From Candidatus Latescibacterota bacterium (GTDB lineage: Bacteria > Latescibacterota > UBA2968 > GCA-2709665), in the NCBI GenBank assembly GCA_965205485.1, contig OZ242180.1, forward strand, positions 4,256,001 to 4,320,000: 64,000 nucleotides of DNA, given 5' to 3'. Position numbers and translations under genes: made by a program. The first letter of the stretch is position 1. Each line of letters begins with the position of its first letter. The notes beneath the pieces are model-generated. The model did not search any database. It saw only the letters and a list, made by a program, of their open reading frames with translations, and was not told the DNA's origin. Of this stretch, positions 1-7,582 are shown one piece after another.

Positions 1-379
1 AATGGACGAGTCCTTTCTCAATCGGGCGGTCAACGAGGGTTTCTCCGGCGGTGAGAAGAAGCGAAACGAGATTTTCCAGATGGCTATGCTCGAGCCCAGG
101 CTGGCCATCATGGACGAAACCGACTCCGGATTGGATATCGACGCCCTGAAAATCGTGGCCGACGGCGTAAATGCGCTTCACCGGAAAAACCCCGATGGCG
201 CGGTCCTCGTGGTCACTCACTATCAGCGGCTGCTGAATTACATCGTGCCGGACTTCGTGCATGTTCTTTTGAAGGGCCGGATTGTCAAATCGGGCGACAA
301 GGACCTCGCCCGGAAGCTGGAAGCGGAAGGCTACGATTGGATTCGAGAGGAATCTACGGCCCGATTCGCCCGCGCCTAA
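1..379 (+). CDS. sufC: Fe-S cluster assembly ATPase SufC (5'-truncated by window edge)
   Basis: [15 protein letters not shown], Walker [13 protein letters not shown] and VTHYQRLL are SufC signatures; lies upstream of sufD. Confidence 0.96.
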   Translation, partial: MDESFLNRAVNEGFSGGEKKRNEIFQMAMLEPRLAIMDETDSGLDIDALKIVADGVNALHRKNPDGAVLVVTHYQRLLNYIVPDFVHVLLKGRIVKSGDKDLARKLEAEGYDWIREESTARFARA

Positions 380-592
380 GAAGTCGTTTTAAAATTGCCG
401 GTGAGTTCCCGAGCGCGAGCGAAAAAGTGGCGGTTATGAGGCGCGAGGGGCGCGCAGCGCAGACGGGAGAATCCGCCCGTATCCTAATGTATCGTGGCTG
501 CGCGCCCCTCGCCACTCTTGGGTGGGTTTGACCAACGCCGACCGGCGCTTTTGCAGCCGCGCGAAGACCGCTGGGAATTTTAAGACAGCTTC
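380..592 (+). mobile_element. MITE-like palindromic element, copy 1 (213 bp)
   Basis: Imperfect terminal inverted repeats GAAGTCGTTTTAAAATT / AATTTTAAGACAGCTTC; flanked by TAA direct repeat (377-379, 593-595); homologous to 13129-13338 and 23948-24031; no credible coding capacity. Confidence 0.85.
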
Positions 593-611
593 TAAAGGAG
601 GCAGCCGAAAC

Positions 612-1937
612 ATGGGGTTCGAAGGCACACAAGGCTATCTGTCGGCATTTGCAAAGTCTGAGGAACGGCTGAACGGAAGGCCCGCCATGTCTCTGCACGA
701 GCTTCGCAGGGCGGCGATCGGCCGATTCGAGGAACTCGGGTTTCCGGGTTCAAGGGACGAAGCCTGGTTTCACACGAATATCGCGCCGCTCGTCCGCAAG
801 CCGTTTCGTACAACGACGCCGGAGGATGCACGTCGGGCCTGGAAATCGGAACACCCATTTCAGGAACTGACTGCGACGCGCCTGGTCTTCGTGAATGGCT
901 TCTACAGCGCCGAAGATTCCAGTGCGGGGAGCCTCCCGAACGGTGTGCGGGCATGCAGCCTTGCGGAATTGAAGGCCTCCGAGTCGGATTGGGTGGAAGG
1001 CAATATCGCGCGGCACGCCGATTACGATGAACACGCTTTTGTCGCGCTCAACACCGCGTTTCTACAGGATGGCGCCTTCATACACGTCCCTCGAGGCACC
1101 GTTGTGGAAACGCCCATTCACGTGGTTTTTGTTTCAACAGCTTCAGGCGTCCCTTCCATTTCACACCCCCGTACCCTCGTACTGGCCGAAGAAAACAGCC
1201 AGGTGACGATCATCGAATCCTATACGGGCGACGGAGCCTATTTCACGAACGCGGTGACCGAAGTGATCGCCGACGACAGCGCGATCGTGGATCACTACAA
1301 GCTGGAGCTCGAGAGTCCGGAGGCGTATCATATCGCCACGATGCAGAGCCGCCAGGGCGCCCGCAGCGATTTGTCCACGCACGCGATCTCTATCGGCGGC
1401 AGACTGGTGCGCAACGAAGTCAACGCGCTGTTGGCCGGTGAAGCCGGTGAAGCCACGGTCAATGGCTTCTATCTGACCGATCGCGAGCAGCATATCGACA
1501 ACCATACCCTGATCGAACACGCCGAGCCGAATTGCAATAGCCACGAACTTTACAAGGGGATACTCGGCGGCAGATCCAGCGGCGTGTTTCGAGGCAAGAT
1601 ACATGTACACCAGAAAGCTCAGGAGACCGACGCGTACCAGAGCAACCAGAGTCTGCTCGTCTCGGAAGGTGCCGACATCAATACCAAGCCGCAACTCGAA
1701 ATCTACGCCGATCAGGTCAAGTGCTCGCACGGCGCAACGATCGGTCAGCTCGATGAAAACGCGGTCTTCTATCTGCGCTCGCGCGGGTTGAGTCACGCGA
1801 CCGCTCAACGTATTCTGGTACACGCGTTCGCGGTCGACATCCTGAACAGAATCAAGCCCGAATCCGTCAGAAACTACCTGGAACGAATTGTCATGGAAAA
1901 ATTCGAACAGGCGCGGGAGGCCGGAGACGCGCCATGA
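612..1937 (+). CDS. sufD: Fe-S cluster assembly protein SufD
   Basis: KPQLEIYADQVKCSHGATIGQLD..FYLRSRG motif; ATG at 612 follows AAGGAGG (the ORF-track start at 522 lies inside the MITE). Confidence 0.95.
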   Translation: MGFEGTQGYLSAFAKSEERLNGRPAMSLHELRRAAIGRFEELGFPGSRDEAWFHTNIAPLVRKPFRTTTPEDARRAWKSEHPFQELTATRLVFVNGFYSAEDSSAGSLPNGVRACSLAELKASESDWVEGNIARHADYDEHAFVALNTAFLQDGAFIHVPRGTVVETPIHVVFVSTASGVPSISHPRTLVLAEENSQVTIIESYTGDGAYFTNAVTEVIADDSAIVDHYKLELESPEAYHIATMQSRQGARSDLSTHAISIGGRLVRNEVNALLAGEAGEATVNGFYLTDREQHIDNHTLIEHAEPNCNSHELYKGILGGRSSGVFRGKIHVHQKAQETDAYQSNQSLLVSEGADINTKPQLEIYADQVKCSHGATIGQLDENAVFYLRSRGLSHATAQRILVHAFAVDILNRIKPESVRNYLERIVMEKFEQAREAGDAP

Positions 1938-3214
1938 GCCCTACTGCACATGCCCTGGCCGAACGGCTCTCCTGCCCGCTCGTCGAACGCGCGGGGCCTT
2001 TCGATCCCCACCGTATCCGGCGGGACTTTCCGGTACTGGACCAATCCGTTCGGGGCAAGCCACTGGTCTACCTGGACAACGCCGCTACAACCCAGAAGCC
2101 CCGGGATGTACTAGACGTCCTCGAAGTCTTCTACGAAGCGGCGAATGCGAACGTACACCGCGGCGTCCATCATCTCAGCCAGATCGCAACGGATTCTTAC
2201 GAGGGTGCGCGCAACAAGGTCCGCCGGTTTCTGAACGCGGCCCACGACCGGGAGATCATCTTCACCAGCGGAACCACGGACAGCATCAATCTCGTTGCCC
2301 AGACGTTTGGGCGAAAATCCGTCGAGGCCGGCGACGAAATCCTCATAACCCAAATGGAACACCATTCGAATATCGTGCCCTGGCAGATGCTCTGTGAGGA
2401 AAGAGGCGTGAAACTCCGTGTTATCCCCATCGACGACAACGGCGAGTTGCAGATCGACAGGCTCGAGTCACTGATGAACGAACGTACGAAACTCGTGTCC
2501 GTCGTCCACGTGTCGAACGTCCTGGGCACCCTCAATCCGGTTGCTTCAATCGCGGAATCGGCGCGAGAACGCGGTATCCCCGTACTGCTGGACGGAGCAC
2601 AGGCCGCTCCTCATTTCAAGGTGGACGTTCAGGCGTTGGGGTGCGACTTCTATGCCTTCTCGGGGCACAAACTATACGGTCCGACCGGTATCGGAGTGCT
2701 CTACGGAAGAAGCGAACTGCTGGATTCGATGCCGCCATACAGGGGAGGCGGCGGCATGATTCGAGAGGTCTCGCTTGAAAAAACCACCTATGCCGATGCG
2801 CCTGCCCGTTTCGAAGCGGGCACGCCCCATATTGCCGGTTGCATCGGGCTGGGCGCCGCCATCGACTATCTGAACCGGATCGACCTGGAAGCCGCCGCCG
2901 CGTACGAGAATGAACTGTTCGCCTACGCAACAGACGCGCTTTCCGAGATATCGGGATTGAGAATCATTGGTACCGCGCAAGACAGAGTCAGCGTTATTTC
3001 CTTTGTTCTGAAAGGCGTACACCCGCACGACGTCGGTACCGTTGTCGATCAGCACGGGGTGGCGGTCCGCGCCGGACACCACTGCGCCCAACCCGTCATG
3101 CGCCACTTCAATATTCCCGCAACAACACGTGCGGCTACAGCGTTTTACAATACACGGGAAGACATCGACACGCTCGTACGGGCTTTGCACGCGGCCAGAG
3201 AGATTTTTCGTTAA
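1934..3214 (+). CDS. sufS: Cysteine desulfurase SufS
   Basis: YLDNAATTQKP, PLP-lysine SGHKLYGPTGIG, catalytic RAGHHCAQP; ATGA overlap with sufD. Confidence 0.97.
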   Translation: MSPTAHALAERLSCPLVERAGPFDPHRIRRDFPVLDQSVRGKPLVYLDNAATTQKPRDVLDVLEVFYEAANANVHRGVHHLSQIATDSYEGARNKVRRFLNAAHDREIIFTSGTTDSINLVAQTFGRKSVEAGDEILITQMEHHSNIVPWQMLCEERGVKLRVIPIDDNGELQIDRLESLMNERTKLVSVVHVSNVLGTLNPVASIAESARERGIPVLLDGAQAAPHFKVDVQALGCDFYAFSGHKLYGPTGIGVLYGRSELLDSMPPYRGGGGMIREVSLEKTTYADAPARFEAGTPHIAGCIGLGAAIDYLNRIDLEAAAAYENELFAYATDALSEISGLRIIGTAQDRVSVISFVLKGVHPHDVGTVVDQHGVAVRAGHHCAQPVMRHFNIPATTRAATAFYNTREDIDTLVRALHAAREIFR

Positions 3215-3666
3215 TGTCCAACCTCAGAGAGCTGTACCAGCAGGTCATTCTTGACCACAACCGGAGTCCGCGCAACTACCGGTGCATGTGCGATGCCGAC
3301 CGGACGTCAGAGGGACACAACCCGCTGTGCGGCGACCACTTGAGCCTATATGTCAAGCTCGACGGGAGTACGATAGCAGATATTGCCTTTCAGGGCGAAG
3401 GATGCGCCATCTCCAAAGCGTCGGCATCCCTGATGACGGACGCCGTGAAGGGTCAGACCCTCGAGTGCGCGCAATCGCTCTTTGGAAGATTCCGTGACCT
3501 CGTCACAAGCGATGTGTCTACCGAACCGGCTGTCGACGGCATCGGCAAGCTGGCCGTCTTCGTTGGCGTGAGAGAATTCCCCGTGCGTATCAAATGCGCA
3601 ACCCTGGCGTGGCATACGCTCAAGGCTGCACTCGAAAACAGCAAATTGCCGGTGACCACCGAGTAG
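3214..3666 (+). CDS. sufU: SUF sulfur-transfer/scaffold protein SufU
   Basis: LYQQVILDH, NPLCGD, GCAISKASAS, RIKCATL; TAATG coupling to sufS. Confidence 0.95.
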   Translation: MSNLRELYQQVILDHNRSPRNYRCMCDADRTSEGHNPLCGDHLSLYVKLDGSTIADIAFQGEGCAISKASASLMTDAVKGQTLECAQSLFGRFRDLVTSDVSTEPAVDGIGKLAVFVGVREFPVRIKCATLAWHTLKAALENSKLPVTTE

Positions 3667-3689
3667 GTATCCATCGGGAGGGTATCATC

Positions 3690-4193
3690 TTGCTCGAACG
3701 ACTGCTGAACCGTCTCTACGGAAATGAGGAAGGCGAGTCCTCGGCGCGAAGGGACGACGTAGCGGATTCCGGAGCCGCAGACGCGACGACCCCCGTGGAC
3801 ACGAGCGCGCTCACGGAGCACGCCGCCAGACGACAGGAAGAAAAGCAGGAGTCGACCGAAGCGGCCGGAACCGATGGTTCGGTCGACACGGATGTCGTCA
3901 AAGAGAACATCATCGCCGCACATCGCACGGTATTCGACCCGGAAATTCCCGTCAATATCTACGATATCGGCCTTATATACGACATCAAAGTTGAACCCTC
4001 CGGGATGACCCACGTCCGGATGACCCTCACCTCCCCCGCCTGTCCGGCCGCGGGAATCCTTCCCGGTCAGGTAGAAAGCGCTACACGATCGGTTGCCGGA
4101 GTACGCGACGTCATCCTGGACCTGACCTTCGACCCGCCATGGAACCCGGAAATGATGTCCGAAGCCGCGAGGCTCGAACTCGGGCTCCTTTAG
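3690..4193 (+). CDS. sufT: SufT-like DUF59 (FeS_assembly_P) protein with acidic N-terminal extension
   Basis: DPEIPVNIYDIGLIY, MTLTSPACP, DPPWNPEMMSEAARLELG; probable TTG start at 3690 after GGGAGG. Confidence 0.88.
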   Translation: MLERLLNRLYGNEEGESSARRDDVADSGAADATTPVDTSALTEHAARRQEEKQESTEAAGTDGSVDTDVVKENIIAAHRTVFDPEIPVNIYDIGLIYDIKVEPSGMTHVRMTLTSPACPAAGILPGQVESATRSVAGVRDVILDLTFDPPWNPEMMSEAARLELGLL

Positions 4194-4309
4194 GTCGACG
4201 GCGGCCGCATTCCCCCTGTGCGCCGGGAACGTTCCCGCTCAACCGCGCCGCCTTGACCCAGCGGACGGCGCGGATCAGACTCCATCCCGACAAGAATTGG
4301 GAAGGCTCC

Positions 4310-4789
4310 ATGAAATTGAGCGCAGGTGAAGAATACGGGCTTCGGTGCCTGCTCCAGATCGGCCGGCGGCAGCGAGAAACCGGCGGCGGCCTTTCCATAT
4401 CTGAAATCAGCCGGATCGAAGGCCTCTCGGTCCCGAATGTCGCAAAGCTGATGCGCCTTCTTCGGCTTGGAGGATTTGTCGAGAGCTCCCGGGGTCAGTC
4501 CGGAGGATACCGACTTGCGCAATCGGCCGACATGATTGTGGTGGGAGATGTGCTGGCCGCCCTGGGCGGGCGGATGTTCAATCCTGATTTCTGCGAAGAT
4601 CACGCGGGCCGTGAAGGGTTGTGTACGCACTCCGTCGACTGTTCCATCCGGTCGCTGTGGAGCTCGGTGCAATCTGTGATCGATCAGCTCCTCAGCCGCG
4701 TCACGCTGGATGATCTTCTGGGAGAAGAACAGGCCATGGATGCATGTCTGCAGAACGTAACCGAAGAGTTGATTCAGGTGTCGGGTTAG
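4310..4789 (+). CDS. Rrf2-family (IscR-like) transcriptional regulator
   Basis: MKLSAGEEYGLR, SSRGQSGGYRLA, three C-terminal Cys (FCEDH..LCTHSVDC). Confidence 0.92.
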   Translation: MKLSAGEEYGLRCLLQIGRRQRETGGGLSISEISRIEGLSVPNVAKLMRLLRLGGFVESSRGQSGGYRLAQSADMIVVGDVLAALGGRMFNPDFCEDHAGREGLCTHSVDCSIRSLWSSVQSVIDQLLSRVTLDDLLGEEQAMDACLQNVTEELIQVSG

Positions 4790-4890
4790 CTGCCCGCCTG
4801 CAATGCGAGTCCAACACGTTGCATCGCGGGGGCCGCACCCGCCGTCGTAAAACCAGGTGACGACTCCAAACATACCTACCGAGGTGTTCA

Positions 4891-5385
4891 ATGGGACTTG
4901 AGACGGGCCTTGGCGACAACGTCATTACCACCACGCTGTCAAAGATGATCAACTGGGCACGCAAGTCATCACTCTGGCCGATGCCGTTCGGCACGGCTTG
5001 CTGCGCCATCGAAATGATGGCCACGCTATCCGGACGCTTCGACATGGCCCGGTTCGGCGCGGAGGCCGTACGGTTCTCACCACGACAGTCCGACCTGCTC
5101 ATCGTATCGGGCCGGATATCGATCAAGATGATGCCTGTACTCAAGAAGATATACGACCAGATGCCGGATCCGAAGTGGGTGATTTCCATGGGTGCGTGCG
5201 CATCGTCAGGAGGCGTCTTCAATACTTATACGCTGGTTCAGGGCGTGGACCAGTTTCTTCCGGTCGACGTCTACGTGCCCGGCTGTCCCCCCCGGCCCGA
5301 AGATCTGCTGTCCGCGCTTATGAAGATACAGGAAAAGATAGACCGGGAACAACCCGCAAGGTCAGCCGTGGCGCTGGAATCCTGA
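4891..5385 (+). CDS. nuoB: NADH-quinone oxidoreductase subunit B homolog (stand-alone)
   Basis: [44 protein letters not shown]; all four N2-cluster Cys present. Confidence 0.93.
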   Translation: MGLETGLGDNVITTTLSKMINWARKSSLWPMPFGTACCAIEMMATLSGRFDMARFGAEAVRFSPRQSDLLIVSGRISIKMMPVLKKIYDQMPDPKWVISMGACASSGGVFNTYTLVQGVDQFLPVDVYVPGCPPRPEDLLSALMKIQEKIDREQPARSAVALES

Positions 5386-5425
5386 ACGTCCTGCCACTGC
5401 CAATCTCTCTGAGGGGAAGGTCGAT

Positions 5426-6010
5426 ATGAATATCACCGTTACCGAAGCCGCGCAGAAGGAGGTTGTCAACCTGATCGGGAGCCAGGATTCGGACATCGTT
5501 GGCGTTCGAGTCAAGGCCGAGGCGGTGTCGCCACTGCAGGCCAATTACCGTCTCGCATTCGTTGCCCGCGGTCAGGAAGAGGATGACGACGTCGTCACGC
5601 CGTTCGAGGGGTTCAACATCTACGTAGACCCGGTAAGCGCGCCCTATGCCGAGGATATTTCGCTGGACTTCGTGGACAGCCTGATGGGCAGAGGGTTCAA
5701 AATCGAGAATCCCAACAAAGTACCGCCGCATCTGAAGGGCACGGCAGCCGAAAAGATCCAGAACATCATCGACGAAAAGATCAACCCCAGCGTCGCCATG
5801 CACGGCGGCCACATCTCACTGATCGACGTAAAGGATAACAAAGCATACGTCCAGTTCGGCGGCGGATGTCAGGGTTGCGGTATGGTGGACGTCACGCTCA
5901 AGCAGGGCGTCGAAGTTCTCATCAAGGAGGCTGTGCCGGAAATTGAAGAAATCCTCGACGTGACCGAACACGCGGACGGCACAAACCCCTATTATCAAAC
6001 CTCAAAATAG
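5426..6010 (+). CDS. nfuA: NfuA-type Fe-S carrier (degenerate IscA-like N-domain + NifU-C domain)
   Basis: INPSVAMHGG, GGGCQGCGMVDVTLKQG (CxxC), DVTEH.G.NPYY. Confidence 0.92.
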   Translation: MNITVTEAAQKEVVNLIGSQDSDIVGVRVKAEAVSPLQANYRLAFVARGQEEDDDVVTPFEGFNIYVDPVSAPYAEDISLDFVDSLMGRGFKIENPNKVPPHLKGTAAEKIQNIIDEKINPSVAMHGGHISLIDVKDNKAYVQFGGGCQGCGMVDVTLKQGVEVLIKEAVPEIEEILDVTEHADGTNPYYQTSK

Positions 6011-6026
6011 CGAGCGCAAACGACAA

Positions 6027-7511
6027 ATGGCAGACACCATGGGGACCTCCCCGTTGTCTGCCGTTTTTTTGGATGGTCGACCATTGACGATCAATAGCCC
6101 ATCGGGTCCGTTCAAAGCTGTACTCGTGTCCACGTACGAACTGGGTCGACAGCCATTCGGTCTGGCCTCGCCGGCAGCGTGGCTGCGGAGGGCGGGCATC
6201 GATGTGGTCCAGGCCGACGTTTCGATCGAAGATTTTCCCGCCAAAGACGTGCGCGACGCCGATCTCGTGGCGTTCTACGTGCCAATGCATACCGCGACGC
6301 GTCTTGCCGTTCCACTTGCCTTGCGGGCTCGAGAGCTGAATGCCAACGCTCACCTCTGCTTTTTCGGGCTCTATGCTTCGGTCAACGAATCCTTCCTGAG
6401 AAGCCTGGGCGCACAGACCATTCTCGGCGGTGAATTCGAAAACGGTCTTCTTCAACTGTGCAATCGCCTGCGGGAGGCTTCAGGCGCGAACGGAACGCAG
6501 GAAGAACCCGTCGTTTCCCTCGCAAGACAGCATTTTCATCCGCCCGATCGTACAGGCCTTCCCAACCTGTCCCGTTACGCAAGTCTTTGCACCGGCGACG
6601 GACGTCTCAAAACCGTCGGCTATACAGAGGCAAGCCGTGGCTGCAAGCATCTCTGTCGCCATTGTCCCGTGGTGCCCGTGTACGGCGGCAGGTTCCGGAT
6701 CGTACAAAGCGACATCGTACTTGACGACATCGCCCAACAGGTCGCATCGGGTGCGGGCCACATCACGTTTGGCGATCCTGACTTCTTCAACGGCATCGGC
6801 CACGCCCTGCCGCTTGTCGAAGCGCTCCACGGGAGATTTCCCGATCTCACCTACGACGTTACCGTAAAGATCGAACATCTCTTGCGATTTCGCCGCTATC
6901 TGCCCACCCTCCGAGATACCGGGTGTGCACTCGTTACGACCGCGGTCGAGTCCCTCGACAACCGTGTTCTCACGCTGCTGGACAAGGGTCATACAGTCGA
7001 GGACTTTTACGAAGTCGTGGACGTCTTCACGAAACACGGGCTCGTGATGAATCCGACGTTCATTCCGTTTACGCCCTGGATCACCATGGAGGGATATGCC
7101 AGCTTTCTGGACACGCTCGCCGGCCTCGACCTGATCGAGTACGTCTCTCCCGTTCAGCTCACCATCAGGCTGCTTATTCCCGGGCAATCAAAGCTGCTGG
7201 ACCTTGCCGACGTGCGCAATTCTGTGGGTCCGTTCGAACCGGCAGCGTTGTCCTACCCCTGGGCGCATCCCGACGCCCGTCTGGACCGGCTTCAGAATGA
7301 ACTGACCCGGCTGGTCACACGGCTTCAGAACAGGGACGCTCCCCGGCGTGAGATCTTCCACAGGATCCGTTCGCGTGTGTACGGCCTGACGGACCGCCCC
7401 GCCCCAATCGCGGGTTTTGATGCGGACTCGGCCCGCCTGTCGCTTCCCCGGCTCACCGAACCCTGGTACTGCTGAGCGGAACCCACCGAAGAGCAGTTCG
7501 CTCTTGTCTGA
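6027..7511 (+). CDS. B12-binding/radical SAM selenoprotein with C-terminal CUAEP tail (Sec at TGA 7473-7475)
   Basis: CxxxCxxC (SRGCKHLCRHCP); reading through TGA 7473 gives EPWYC-U-AEPTEEQFALV ending at TGA 7509-7511, matching the CUAEP/CCAEP-tail radical SAM family as recalled; SECIS-like hairpin follows; start codon uncertain. Confidence 0.88.
7489..7505 (+). promoter_or_regulatory. Putative bacterial SECIS hairpin
   Basis: AAGAGC-AGTTC-GCTCTT perfect 6-bp stem; loop starts 19 nt after the UGA and has G then U at loop positions 2-3. Confidence 0.72.
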
Positions 7512-7582
7512 CCTGTGAAGCCACTCGAAACAACAACACTTCCTTTCATCAATCCCCGCCCAACCGGCTTGTTCACTGCCGT

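Noticed and set aside
337..698. Short ORFs (337-531, 354-698, 434-628) and the N-terminal extension of SufD from 522
   Set aside because: They run through MITE copy 1; the same peptides (GEFPSASEKVAVMRREGR, GLTNADRRFCSRAKTAG) recur at copy 2, so they are repeat-derived. The real sufD start is 612.
4866..4893. Small hairpin (ATACCT-ACCG-AGGTGT) covering the nuoB RBS
   Set aside because: Only 6 bp with a GU pair; too weak to call a regulatory element without conservation data.
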